From positions 36,617 through 100,616 of the forward strand of contig JAHFCH010000003.1 in assembly GCA_023249635.1 (NCBI GenBank): a stretch of 64,000 nucleotides of DNA, read 5' to 3'. The notes under the pieces are model-generated. The model was not told the origin of the DNA. It did no database searches and saw only the letters and a list, made by a program, of their open reading frames with translations. The position numbers and the translations under genes were made by a program. This document shows, piece by piece, positions 17,842 to 27,330 of the stretch (positions within the stretch are counted from its first letter, which is position 1; every line of letters starts with the position of its first letter). Origin of the DNA: Fibrobacterota bacterium (GTDB lineage Bacteria; Fibrobacterota; Fibrobacteria; UBA11236).

Positions 17842-19620
17842 TCAACGGCCTTTCAAGAAAACGGCGCAGGACAAATCCGCCGATCCCGAAACCATTCGGG
17901 CGCGGTATATGCCCCGACCCAATCCTCCGGTCCGGCCCGCGTCCAGGGACCAACCCTGGGTGATGGCATCGGTATCGACGTCGATGCGCAGCCGCTCGCG
18001 GCCCGCCATGTCCGAGATCATCAAGCGGCCGACGCGGCCAATACCGGTGGGCGTACCCTGGAGGCGGAAGCTCAGACCGCCGCCGGGCGACGCATCCCCG
18101 GAAAGCCGGGCCTTGGCGCGCCAGGGACGGGGCGCGTTCACTCCCACAGAATTCACGTAGGCCCCGCCGTCCACCGTAGCCCCGGTCGCGAAGCGAAATC
18201 CGAATTCGCCGGCAATCGGGTTTCCTGTCCAATCCTTCACGCCTCCTGCGCGCACCACCACTTCATAGGTGGTATTGGCCTGTAGCGGTTGGTCGGGGGT
18301 GAAATTGACCACGCCCATGGTATGCCCGTACACGCCGCTGATGGGAGTCACGGATCCCTTGGCGTGTATGCTGATGTTCTCGGAGGTGAGGGTGCGGTTG
18401 TCGAGCTCTTCATCGAAGGCGATTCCGATGCGGGCGGTGGTGGCCAGGCGGGGTTCGCCGTTGGCGGGGTTTATGAACAATACCGAAGGCGCGATGCTGT
18501 CCGGGCGGGACTGGTGCACGAACAGGTTCGACTCATTGGCGGTGCCGTTGGTGCCGTCGCGCCCGGCGTCGCCGACCCAGAGCATATTGCCCATGGGGTA
18601 GCAATAGCGCGACGTATGCTTGTCCGGCATGATGGCGTGCAAGACCGTCTTGCGGGCCTTGATGTCGTACTTCACGAATTCGCCGTTGTTGATCTTGCCC
18701 CCGAACATGAAGCCGTTCTGGAAGCTCGCGTAGTCACCCATGCCGGCCACCACCTCGCGCCATTCCATGTTGATGGCTGTGGGATCACTGATGTCGAAGA
18801 AGCCGACCTCGCCCATGTTCTGCGGGCCGCTGGTCACCAGGTACTTGCCGTACATTTGCGAGGTGTACATGCTGGGTCCGGTCTTGACCGCGTCCAATAG
18901 CTTGGGGTTTTCCGGATCCTGCAGATCCCATGTCGAGACGCCGGCGAATTGATCGCCGCTGGTCACCACCAATATGTTGCCGATCACCTGGGTGCTGCCG
19001 GTGGTGAAGCCCAGGGTGCCCTGCACGCCCACCTGCTTGACGATATTTCCGCGCCCGGGGTTGGAATAATCCACGATGTACATGGGCGAACTGCGCGCGC
19101 TGGCATCGTCGTAACTGCGGGTGCTGTAAAAATACGGCCATTGGAAAGCCGGCCAAACCGATCCGTAGAAACCCGCGTTGGTACCCACCACCTTGGGATT
19201 GGCCGGGTCCTTGAGATCGAGCAAGGTGCCGCCGTCCATGATCATGGTGCCGGCGGTGGGGGTGGTATGATCGTCGCCCTGGCCGCTGAAGGTGAAGGTC
19301 TTGACCGTCTTGGGCGCGCGCGGATCGGCGATGTCCATGACGTCGATGCGGTTGCAGCGGTTGTTGAAGATGACCAGGTAGCCCTGGAACATCATGCCTT
19401 TGGGGACGCGCTCGGTGAGGCCTTGGAAGCGGCATACGCGCTTGCCGATTTCGTTTTCCGGGAAGGTTATCCTGGGGATGCCGCCGCCGAGTTGTTGGGC
19501 CTGGGCCCGCCCGGCCAAGGTTGCCGCCGCGGCCAGCATCGCCAGGGTGGCCGCGATATCTTTGATTGAACGCATTCGTCTTCTCCAGAGGAGCCCGGGC
19601 GACGCCCTGCTCCGCCCCAC
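17842..19620 (-). CDS. secreted LVIVD-repeat beta-propeller protein with Ig-like domain and T9SS C-terminal sorting domain
   Basis: Signal peptide AATLAMLAAAATLAGRAQA. Repeated YLVTSG / LVVTSGDQ motifs (LVIVD repeat). Ig-like segment PSVLFINPANGEPRLATTARIGIAFDEELD...TYEVVV. C-terminal LMISDMAGRERLRIDV...GIYRARMVSG matches a T9SS CTD. Confidence 0.6.
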   Translation of the reverse strand: MGRSRASPGLLWRRRMRSIKDIAATLAMLAAAATLAGRAQAQQLGGGIPRITFPENEIGKRVCRFQGLTERVPKGMMFQGYLVIFNNRCNRIDVMDIADPRAPKTVKTFTFSGQGDDHTTPTAGTMIMDGGTLLDLKDPANPKVVGTNAGFYGSVWPAFQWPYFYSTRSYDDASARSSPMYIVDYSNPGRGNIVKQVGVQGTLGFTTGSTQVIGNILVVTSGDQFAGVSTWDLQDPENPKLLDAVKTGPSMYTSQMYGKYLVTSGPQNMGEVGFFDISDPTAINMEWREVVAGMGDYASFQNGFMFGGKINNGEFVKYDIKARKTVLHAIMPDKHTSRYCYPMGNMLWVGDAGRDGTNGTANESNLFVHQSRPDSIAPSVLFINPANGEPRLATTARIGIAFDEELDNRTLTSENISIHAKGSVTPISGVYGHTMGVVNFTPDQPLQANTTYEVVVRAGGVKDWTGNPIAGEFGFRFATGATVDGGAYVNSVGVNAPRPWRAKARLSGDASPGGGLSFRLQGTPTGIGRVGRLMISDMAGRERLRIDVDTDAITQGWSLDAGRTGGLGRGIYRARMVSGSADLSCAVFLKGR

Positions 19621-19811
19621 CGAACCTGTTCTATACTACCGCGTGCCCGGCCCCGGGAGCATGGGTTAAGCTGAGGCCGGGGGCTTTCCGCTTTCGCCGG
19701 AAAACCGGACCGATGACCGAATTCCGCCTGGAAACGCGGGAGCCAGTCAAAAAAATCTCAAGCGGTTCCGCGGGGGACCCAAAGCCCGAAAACGGCGATG
19801 TAGCGGAGAGG

Positions 19812-20777
19812 TTACGGGGAGGGAAAGGTCGGAACGAAAGGTATCGCCGCCCGCGCCCGGCCCGCCGCATCGCGGGTGGCAAGGCCGATGGGGAACGCGG
19901 CATTCCGTCGGGAGGGAAGCAGCATGCCGATCAGGGAAGGAGGGGAGACAGCCAACCGGGATCCCTCCGCGCCCGCCAAGCGGAACTCGTCGAAATAGAC
20001 CACGCGGCGATCGACATCGGAATCTACGCCATTGTAGGTGGCCGTTTTCCAAGGCCATTTGTAAAGGCCGATATCGATGGCGGGCAGTTGCCCGTTGGGA
20101 TACCCCAAGCGGATACCGTGCAGATCGACGAGCTTCCGCGACGTCCCCAGCGAGTCCGTCTTCCAGACCTCCAATATGCCTCCCGCATCGGAAGGCGCGA
20201 GCTTCACATGGAACACCCAATCGACCCAACGCCCCGGCTCCTGCGGCCCGACGGGAAGATCGACGGTGCTCACGTCGGCATTGGAAGCCGGGTCGATGGC
20301 GGACCAGCGGTATTCCACCCCCAGCTTGCCGGCCTCGCAATACAGGCCCAGAATCGGCGAGGCGTCCGGATCGTTGTGGAGTTGGAAGATGAGTTCAGGC
20401 AACGGATCCACCTTCCAGGCATCCGGTCCGGTGCGCGGGAAGAAGGTACTGAAGCCGATCCAACGCTCATCGCTGCCGGTAAGGAAGCCGTCGGTTTTCC
20501 GGAACATGGCCCGATGGAATAATCCGCCTTGGGAACGGTCCATGATGAAGCGTGCGGAAGAGGCCCCCACGCGGGACTCTTGCGTAGCCAGCTCCCCGAT
20601 GCGGATGCCCCCGCCATCGATAGTATGGGTATACCAGGCCCAGGTGGCGTGGTCGGTTTCGAAATCGGAATGGAAGACGGATTGGGCGGGGACGGCGGAC
20701 GCGTATGTGAGAACCAGCGTCCAAGCGGTAATCCGGGCAAGAGGCGCGGAGTCGCGCGGTTTCGGCCAACTTGGCAT
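19812..20777 (-). CDS. secreted concanavalin-like jelly-roll protein, possibly PL7/alginate-lyase-2-like polysaccharide lyase
   Basis: Signal peptide MPSWPKPRDSAPLARITAWTLVLTYASAVPAQS (start taken at this Met, not the ORF-track start). IFQLHND and IGLYKWPW resemble the QIH and YFKAGVY blocks of alginate lyase 2. Weak call. Confidence 0.35.
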   Translation of the reverse strand: MPSWPKPRDSAPLARITAWTLVLTYASAVPAQSVFHSDFETDHATWAWYTHTIDGGGIRIGELATQESRVGASSARFIMDRSQGGLFHRAMFRKTDGFLTGSDERWIGFSTFFPRTGPDAWKVDPLPELIFQLHNDPDASPILGLYCEAGKLGVEYRWSAIDPASNADVSTVDLPVGPQEPGRWVDWVFHVKLAPSDAGGILEVWKTDSLGTSRKLVDLHGIRLGYPNGQLPAIDIGLYKWPWKTATYNGVDSDVDRRVVYFDEFRLAGAEGSRLAVSPPSLIGMLLPSRRNAAFPIGLATRDAAGRARAAIPFVPTFPSP

Positions 20778-20880
20778 TCCCCGAATGTACCGCGGTCCAT
20801 CTGCCTCCAAACGAGGAATCCGCCGGCGGCACCGTTTCCGCTTTTTCTCCAAATCCGGCCGTGCGTTCGTGCCGGGGGCC

Positions 20881-21723
20881 TCAATCCAGTAGCAGCAGCG
20901 GATCTTCCTTCCAGTCGGAAAGCTTGTGGTCTTTGTCGTTGAGCTTGGGGCCAAAGAACCTTTGGATGCTGCCCGTATCCGACGCGAAGGCATTGAGCGC
21001 CAACTTGTCGAAGATCGCCTTATCCGGGATCAGCCAGCCGTTCTCGAGTATCCCCGCATTTTTCAATCCCGCTTGGGCGACCGGAGCCGAGCCGCGGTTG
21101 CGCACGTAGACGTACACCTGGAAGCTGCCGGCGTTGGCGAAGAATTTCAGGGGCAAGCGTGCCTCATCCGCCCGATAGACCACATGCAAGGGATGCAGCA
21201 CCTTTTCCACCCCGCTCATTCCCTTCACCTTGATCGCCAGGAAACACGCCTTCGGTTTCAGGTAGTACCGCAGCCCAGCGACAGGGACTTCGGCATATCC
21301 GTTCTTTGCGAGCCATTGGTTTATTTCCGCGCCGGCATGGACATCCGTGATCTCGATGGGGATGATTTCATAATTCCCGACATGGACCGTGTCATGCACG
21401 ATGAACCGATCCGCCGACAAGCTCGCGATGCCCCGACTCTTCATTACCGGTTCGGTGGCGCGGAAAAGGGTTTCGAACATTTCGTCCTTCTCCTGGAAAT
21501 ATTTCGACGGCACCGAGGGCAAAGGGGTGACCCAGGCGAATTCCTTGGGAAGCGGCAAAGTCGATTGGACCTGTTGGTTCATGACCATGTGGATGTCCTG
21601 GCCGGATTTGAAGAAGAGGTATTCCTGGACCTTGCTGCCCAATTTCCCGGGATAGTCGCGGGGCGGATGCAGGCATGCGGCGCCGAGCGAGAAAGCGGAA
21701 GCGATGATAAGCGAAAACCCCAT
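20881..21723 (-). CDS. hypothetical secreted protein
   Basis: Signal peptide MGFSLIIASAFSLGAAC. 280 aa with no motif I can name. Tightly packed in the minus-strand run. Confidence 0.45.
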   Translation of the reverse strand: MGFSLIIASAFSLGAACLHPPRDYPGKLGSKVQEYLFFKSGQDIHMVMNQQVQSTLPLPKEFAWVTPLPSVPSKYFQEKDEMFETLFRATEPVMKSRGIASLSADRFIVHDTVHVGNYEIIPIEITDVHAGAEINQWLAKNGYAEVPVAGLRYYLKPKACFLAIKVKGMSGVEKVLHPLHVVYRADEARLPLKFFANAGSFQVYVYVRNRGSAPVAQAGLKNAGILENGWLIPDKAIFDKLALNAFASDTGSIQRFFGPKLNDKDHKLSDWKEDPLLLLD

Positions 21724-21735
21724 GGTGCGCATGCT

Positions 21736-23028
21736 TTACAACCCTTTCCGGAATCCGGCTAAACGCTCCACCGCCAGGGCCAAGGTCTCTTCCTTCTTGC
21801 AAAAGCAGAACCGCAGCTTATGGGCATGCGCGCCCATGCCCTTTGGCCCGCCTTTCGCCTTGTAGAACGAACTGCCCGGCACGGCCGCCACCTTGGTTTC
21901 CGCGACCAGGTAACGCGCGAGTTCCGTGTCGTCGCGGAACCGGCCCCGGCTTCCCTTGATTACGTCCGCTACGTCGGCCATCACGTAGTAGGCCCCGCGC
22001 GGCACATGGCAGCGGAAGCCCGCCGCCTCCAGCCCCGACACGATGAAATCGCGGCGCGTGCGGTAATGCTCCGCCAGATCCCGATAGAACTCCGGCCCCA
22101 ATCCCAGGGCCCCGCGCACGGCCTCCTGCAACGGCGTGGCCGCGCACACAGTCATGAAGTCGTGCACCTTGCGCAGCCCGTCAGTGATGGATTCATGGGC
22201 CACCGCCCAGCCTACGCGCCAGCCCGTGATTCCGTAGGTCTTGGAGGCGCTGCCGATCGTCACGGTGCGATCCTCCAAGCCGGCGATCGAGGCCGGGCTC
22301 ACGTGTACGGCCCCATCATAGAGGATATGCTCGTAGATCTCGTCCGAGAAAACCCGCGTGTTCCACTTTTGGCACAGCTTGGCGATCAGGACAAGTTCGT
22401 CCCGGGTGAAAACCTTGCCGGTGGGATTATGCGGCGTGCAGATCACGATGGCGGCTGTCTTGGGGCCGAATGCGCGCGCCAACTCCCGCTCATCGATGGA
22501 CCAATCCGGCTCGCGTAATGTCACGTAAACCGGCTTGGCCCCGCTGAGGTAGGCATCCGGATGGTAGTTCTCGTAGAACGGCTGGAAGAGGATGACTTCT
22601 TTGCCGGGATCGAGGGACGACATGAAAGCGCAAATCATGGCCTCGGTGGCGCCGCAGGTCACGGTAACGTTTTTGTCCGCATCCGCCTTGATCCCATTGT
22701 ACTCGCCAACCTTCTTGGCGATGGCTTGCCGTAATGCCGGCATGCCCCAGGTGACCGAGTATTGGTTGTAGTCCGCGTCCACGGCGGCGCGGGCAAGATC
22801 CTTAAGGACCGGGTCGCAGGGGAAATCGGGAAAGCCTTGGGCCAGGTTGACGGCGCCATGCAGATGGGCCATGCGCGTCTGCTCGCGGATGACCGACTCG
22901 GTGAAATCCCTCAGGCGCAAGGCCGGGACCATGGCGGCGAGTGCCGGGGCGGCTTTCGCCGACCGCTGGGATTTGGATTTGGAACTAGGCTTGGGCTTGG
23001 GCTTGGTCTTAGGCTTGGGCATCGGCAA
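21736..23028 (-). CDS. PLP-dependent aminotransferase class I/II (kynurenine/methionine aminotransferase-like) with Lys/Pro-rich N-terminal extension
   Basis: VNLAQGFPDFP, CTPHNPTGKVF and SASKTYGITGWRVGW (PLP lysine) are present. The N-terminus MPMPKPKTKPKPKPSSKSKSQRSAKAAPA is histone-H1-like; the true start could be the internal MVPALRL (~22932). Confidence 0.85.
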   Translation of the reverse strand: MPMPKPKTKPKPKPSSKSKSQRSAKAAPALAAMVPALRLRDFTESVIREQTRMAHLHGAVNLAQGFPDFPCDPVLKDLARAAVDADYNQYSVTWGMPALRQAIAKKVGEYNGIKADADKNVTVTCGATEAMICAFMSSLDPGKEVILFQPFYENYHPDAYLSGAKPVYVTLREPDWSIDERELARAFGPKTAAIVICTPHNPTGKVFTRDELVLIAKLCQKWNTRVFSDEIYEHILYDGAVHVSPASIAGLEDRTVTIGSASKTYGITGWRVGWAVAHESITDGLRKVHDFMTVCAATPLQEAVRGALGLGPEFYRDLAEHYRTRRDFIVSGLEAAGFRCHVPRGAYYVMADVADVIKGSRGRFRDDTELARYLVAETKVAAVPGSSFYKAKGGPKGMGAHAHKLRFCFCKKEETLALAVERLAGFRKGL

Positions 23029-23031
23029 AAG

Positions 23032-23721
23032 CTAATTCGCCGAAGGCCCTCCCCGGAGGCGTTCGAACCACAGGCAGAACGCCAGGCGGATCTGCGCCGA
23101 ATCGACCTGAGGCAAAGCGCGGGCATATTCCCACAGACCCAGCTTTATGAACTCGCCTTCCTCCGCCTTGCCGGTCTCCCCGCCTTCCAAGGCATGGTAG
23201 CGATCGCCCGGCAGCTCGAGGGTGCATCCGAAGAAATGGATGGCTTCGTCGTCGAGGCCCGGAGATGTGTAGAGGGGCTTGTCGCAGAGGGGGAAGAGCA
23301 GACCCGGCGCCACTTCCAGTCCGGTCTCCTCGGCAAGTTCCTTGACCGCGACTCCGAGGGGATCGTCCACGTCCTCGTCGAGCATGCCGGCGGGAAATTC
23401 CAGGGTATCGCCGCCATGGCCGATGCGGCGCTGCCGTAGCATCAGAAAGCGGCGCTCACCGGTATCCCCATTGACCACCTCGGTGACGATGACCACGGCA
23501 TGGCCGCGCAGCAAGGCGTACTTGGGCAGGGGGCGACCCTGGGGATCATCCACCCGGGTTTTGAGCAGGGCGAAGAGCAGGGAGCCGTCGCCTTTGGGAA
23601 GATCTGCGAGAACCTCGACGCTTTTCAGGCGGCAGCCATTGGCCGCGAGGTCCTTTTTCCAAGCCCGGTACTTGGGGGTCTTGAGCAATCGCTCCGATTC
23701 GCCGGGGAGGGATTCCGCCAT
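23032..23721 (-). CDS. NUDIX hydrolase
   Basis: Nudix box GHGGDTLEFPAGMLDEDVDDPLGVAVKELAEETGL (GX5EX7REUXEEXGU). Start ATG overlaps the upstream stop (ATGA). Confidence 0.8.
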   Translation of the reverse strand: MAESLPGESERLLKTPKYRAWKKDLAANGCRLKSVEVLADLPKGDGSLLFALLKTRVDDPQGRPLPKYALLRGHAVVIVTEVVNGDTGERRFLMLRQRRIGHGGDTLEFPAGMLDEDVDDPLGVAVKELAEETGLEVAPGLLFPLCDKPLYTSPGLDDEAIHFFGCTLELPGDRYHALEGGETGKAEEGEFIKLGLWEYARALPQVDSAQIRLAFCLWFERLRGGPSAN

Positions 23722-24218
23722 CAGCCGCCCGCGTGGTACTCCAGGCCCAACCCGACGCGGATGAGCATCTGGCCGTTGGGGCCGGCGAAGAAGGCGGGGA
23801 TGAAGGCGCCGTAGAAATCCAGGGAAGGCGTGGCTTTGAAGACCGCCATAACGTCGCCGCCGATGTCCACGTAGTTTTCGACGATCTTCGAGTAGCCGAT
23901 ATGCGGCCCAATGCGCAACCAGAAAGCCTGGTCGATCTTGGGCTTGTAATACGCACCCACATAGCCGCCGAATTCGTTGGCATTCGGGAAATTCTCGGTC
24001 TTTTTACGGAATCGCGAATAATTCCCATGAAGCCCCAGATCCCATCCGTCCGTGGCGGCCGCGATAAGGCCGAGCTCTCCGCCGATCCCGGCTTTGTAAT
24101 TCTCGTCGTAGATGGAGGCGCGCAGGCCCAGGTCCAGATTGAGAGGCGCGGGGAAAGCGGCCAACGGAGCCAGGCACAAGCAAGTGATGGAGGCCGCAAG
24201 GCGTCGGGGGTTCATCAT
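23721..24218 (-). CDS. small putative outer-membrane beta-barrel protein
   Basis: Only the C-terminal 165 aa of track ORF 23721..24866 look real. Signal peptide MMNPRRLAASITCLCLAPLAAFPAP is followed by alternating hydrophobic beta-strand pattern (GAYYKPKIDQAFWLRIGPHIGY...LIRVGLGLEYHAGG). Stop overlaps the NUDIX start. Confidence 0.45.
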   Translation of the reverse strand: MMNPRRLAASITCLCLAPLAAFPAPLNLDLGLRASIYDENYKAGIGGELGLIAAATDGWDLGLHGNYSRFRKKTENFPNANEFGGYVGAYYKPKIDQAFWLRIGPHIGYSKIVENYVDIGGDVMAVFKATPSLDFYGAFIPAFFAGPNGQMLIRVGLGLEYHAGG

Positions 24219-24399
24219 GTCAATCTCCTTAGGGGTCCAGGCTGCGCGGGGCATAAGCATACGCCGCGCAAGAAACCCAATATACCCCCTCCGGGAACTC
24301 CGCACAGCCCGCCCCCGGATGCGTAATCGCGACTGGGATTCCCGGACGGCCTCCCAAAACCGGCCACGAGCACCCTTGCCAGGGCCGCAGGGACGGCTT

Positions 24400-25299
24400 T
24401 CACTCCGGACCGGCCCAGTCCCGGGGCTTAAGGAAATACTCCGTGAGCCGGGCCTCGGGGCTTCCGGGCGCCGGCGTGAAGCCATAGGTCCACTTGGCCA
24501 GGGGCGGCATGGACATGAGGATGGATTCGGTGCGGCCCCCCGATTGCAGGCCGAAGAGCGTGCCGCGATCCCACAGCAAGTTGAATTCGACGTAGCGGGC
24601 GCGCCGGTACAGCTGGAAATCGCGCTGCGCCTCGGTAACGGGCGTGTTACGGCCGGCCAGGAAGGGGCGGTACAGGTCCGGAAAGGCGAGACCCAAGGCC
24701 TCCACCGTGGCGAAATCCTTTTCCCGATCCCCGCGCAAGTGATCGAAGAACAAGCCCCCCACCCCGCGCGGCTCGGCACGGTGCTTGAGGAAGAAGTATT
24801 CGTCGCAGGCTTTTTTCCATTCCGCATAATCCCGCCCCTGGCTCGCGCACAGGTCGCGCAAGGCACGATGGAAACCGATCACTTGCGACTCGACGGGATA
24901 ATAGGGAGTCAGGTCGACCCCGCCCCCGAACCACCAGGCTTCGCCGGCCTCGAAGTAGCGGATGTTCATGTGGATCGTGGGAACATGCGGGTTACGGGGG
25001 TGCATCACCAGGCTGACGCCGGTGGCGTAGAAGGGCGTGCCCGGCGGGATCTTGAATTGCGTCGCCGCCGAGGGGGGAAGCGAATTCCCCGTGATGGCGG
25101 AGAATCCCACTCCGCCTTTTTCCAGCCAAGGGCCGTCATCCCAGGTGCGCGTGATGCCGCCGCCGGATCCGGTAGCGTAGTTCCAGGCATCCTCGCGGTA
25201 GGGTCCGTCCTCGCCGGAGAGGAACGCGCAGATGGCGTCCTGTACCCCCCGAAACGCGGCGGTGACGCTGTCCTTGTCCATGCCCCGGGCCTGCGTCAT
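24400..25299 (-). CDS. hemF: oxygen-dependent coproporphyrinogen III oxidase
   Basis: Near-collinear with HemF signatures: HMNIRYFE, WWFGGGVDLTPYYP, GVGGLFFD, NFQLYRRARYVEFNLLWDRGTLFGLQSGGRTESILMSMPPL. Confidence 0.9.
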   Translation of the reverse strand: MTQARGMDKDSVTAAFRGVQDAICAFLSGEDGPYREDAWNYATGSGGGITRTWDDGPWLEKGGVGFSAITGNSLPPSAATQFKIPPGTPFYATGVSLVMHPRNPHVPTIHMNIRYFEAGEAWWFGGGVDLTPYYPVESQVIGFHRALRDLCASQGRDYAEWKKACDEYFFLKHRAEPRGVGGLFFDHLRGDREKDFATVEALGLAFPDLYRPFLAGRNTPVTEAQRDFQLYRRARYVEFNLLWDRGTLFGLQSGGRTESILMSMPPLAKWTYGFTPAPGSPEARLTEYFLKPRDWAGPE

Positions 25300-25357
25300 A
25301 CGGAAGCCAAGGTAGGAATTTTTCTATTTTCCAGGCCGAGGCAGAAAAGGCGGACGC

Positions 25358-26236
25358 ATGGGCGGATTTCTCTATTGGTGGCAGCATATCCCCGCGCATA
25401 TGGATCCCGTGCTCATCAACCTGGGGCCCCTCCGCATCCAGTGGTACGGCCTCATGTATATCGTAGCCTTCACGGCCACGTATTTCCTGGCGCGCGCCCG
25501 CTGCCACCGGGAAGATCGTTTCCGGGTCTACGATGACGAGTTCCTCAAGAACATTTTGACTTACGCCTTCATTGGCGTCCTGGCCGGCGGACGGCTGGGC
25601 TACGTGCTCTTCTACAACCTGCATTACTACGCCCTGCATCCCTTCGAAGTCATCCTCCCTTTCGGCTTCCACGGCGGATTCCATTTTACGGGCATCTCGG
25701 GCATGTCTTACCATGGCGGGGTCACCGGCGCCATCGTCGGCAGCTACCTGTTCAGCAAGCGCTACAAAGCCGATTTCTGGAACCTGAGCGATCTCTTCGC
25801 CCCCGTCATCCCCCTTGGCTACACCTTCGGCCGTCTAGGCAATTTCATCAACGGCGAGCTCTGGGGCCGCATCACGGATCATCCCATTGGTATGTACTTC
25901 CCGCTTTCCCCGGATCCCACCCTGCTCCGCCATCCCTCGCAACTATATGAAGCCTTCTTCGAAGGGATTTTCCTCTTCGTGGTCTTCCTGGTCCTGCGCC
26001 GTATGCGCCTCCCCAAGGGCTCCATGCTCCCTGGGTATATCTTCGGGTACGGGTTCGTCCGCTTCTTCATCGAATTCTTCCGGGAACCGGACAAGCACCT
26101 GGGATTCGTGCTGCTGGGCCGTTTCTCCCGGGGCCAAGAGCTCTGCGCCTTCATGATGGCCTTCGCCATCGGCCTGTTCCTATGGTTGGCATTGCGCAAA
26201 CCCGTAGCGGAACCGGCCCAAGCAAGCGTCCCATAA
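25358..26236 (+). CDS. lgt: prolipoprotein diacylglyceryl transferase
   Basis: Lgt signature GRLGNFINGELWGR, plus IQWYGLMY and YHGG. Polytopic membrane protein. Confidence 0.9.
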   Translation: MGGFLYWWQHIPAHMDPVLINLGPLRIQWYGLMYIVAFTATYFLARARCHREDRFRVYDDEFLKNILTYAFIGVLAGGRLGYVLFYNLHYYALHPFEVILPFGFHGGFHFTGISGMSYHGGVTGAIVGSYLFSKRYKADFWNLSDLFAPVIPLGYTFGRLGNFINGELWGRITDHPIGMYFPLSPDPTLLRHPSQLYEAFFEGIFLFVVFLVLRRMRLPKGSMLPGYIFGYGFVRFFIEFFREPDKHLGFVLLGRFSRGQELCAFMMAFAIGLFLWLALRKPVAEPAQASVP

Positions 26237-26283
26237 CCGCGCCGGCATCTCCGCCGGTCCGCAAGACCGGAAGGATATCCTCC

Positions 26284-27243
26284 ATGCCAGACCTCGCCGC
26301 CACGCCGCGAAATCACCCCGCCTCCGCCCGCCTGGCCCTCCTGCTCACCGGCTTGGCGCTATGCACTATCGGCTGCACGGGTCCGCGCTCCATGCTCAAT
26401 TCCCCGGAGGTGACCGCCAAGGGGCACTGGCGCGCCGGGGGTAACATGGATGTCAACCTCCCCACCCAGACCGCGGACGCTCTTGAGGACGGGATCAACC
26501 ATGGGATCAACATGCTGGTAGGCAGGCTCGACGGCAAGGACACCGCTTCCATCGCCGCCGATAGCCTGAACCCGTTGACCCGGGCCCTGGTAGCCTATTC
26601 CCTGGATCCCATCGGTCCGCAAACCGGCGTGTTCATACGCTACGGATTCCTTTCCCGCTGGGACGCGGGCTACCGCCTGGCGGGGGCCGCCCATACCTTC
26701 GACGTGCGCTATCAATTCCTGGGACCGGTGGCGGCGGGGCCGCGCGATGCATCCGCGAATGATTCACCTTCGGAATGGCAAGGCAGCGCGGGCATCCAAT
26801 ACAGCCAGCAAAGCTATGACCTGCCCTCGGTGGTGGGGCTGGACAAGCTTCAGGAACTCCTGCAATTCGAGTTCAAGCGCAAGGATATCATGGTTCCCGT
26901 GGCCTTCGGCAAACCCTGGGGGAAACAGGGACGTTACGGGGGATTCGGTATCGGGGGCATGTACAACCTGAGCTTGATTTCCTATGGCGCCGGCAACAAG
27001 AAGCTGCTGGAAAGGCTGCCCGACGGGACCACCCGGGCCTTCAAGCGGGTGGAAGGCGAGAAGAAGATTTCCTCTTACGGGGGATTCGCGAATCTTCGCT
27101 TGGGGTACAAGTACGTCTACTTGCTCGGATCAGCGAACGTGTATTATCAGAACTACGGGAAGTACGAGCTGTTCGGGGGCCAGACCACGGAACTCAAGGG
27201 CTGGACTTTCATCCCGGCGCTGGGGCTGGAATTCAGGATCTGA
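26284..27243 (+). CDS. hypothetical lipoprotein (possible outer-membrane protein)
   Basis: Lipobox LLLTGLALCTIGCTG after internal Met MPDLAATPRNHP (start at 26284, not the track's 26182). C-terminal beta-rich region ending GWTFIPALGLEFRI. Confidence 0.5.
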   Translation: MPDLAATPRNHPASARLALLLTGLALCTIGCTGPRSMLNSPEVTAKGHWRAGGNMDVNLPTQTADALEDGINHGINMLVGRLDGKDTASIAADSLNPLTRALVAYSLDPIGPQTGVFIRYGFLSRWDAGYRLAGAAHTFDVRYQFLGPVAAGPRDASANDSPSEWQGSAGIQYSQQSYDLPSVVGLDKLQELLQFEFKRKDIMVPVAFGKPWGKQGRYGGFGIGGMYNLSLISYGAGNKKLLERLPDGTTRAFKRVEGEKKISSYGGFANLRLGYKYVYLLGSANVYYQNYGKYELFGGQTTELKGWTFIPALGLEFRI

Positions 27244-27330
27244 TCGGAGCCATTTTTCCTCAGTGGCTTTCCCGGTTCGGTATCCACCAGATGGACGGAC
27301 TCGCCGCTCGCGCGGGGATGACCAACGCGC

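Noticed and set aside
19566-20892. Plus-strand ORFs 19566..20522 and 20077..20892 opposite the PL7-like gene
   Set aside because: Antisense shadow ORFs with Arg/Pro/Gly-rich composition.
24219-24866. N-terminal 216 codons of track ORF 23721..24866
   Set aside because: Translation is Arg/Pro/Ser-rich junk. Only the C-terminal 165 aa, beginning with a clear signal peptide at the internal ATG (24216..24218), look like a real protein.
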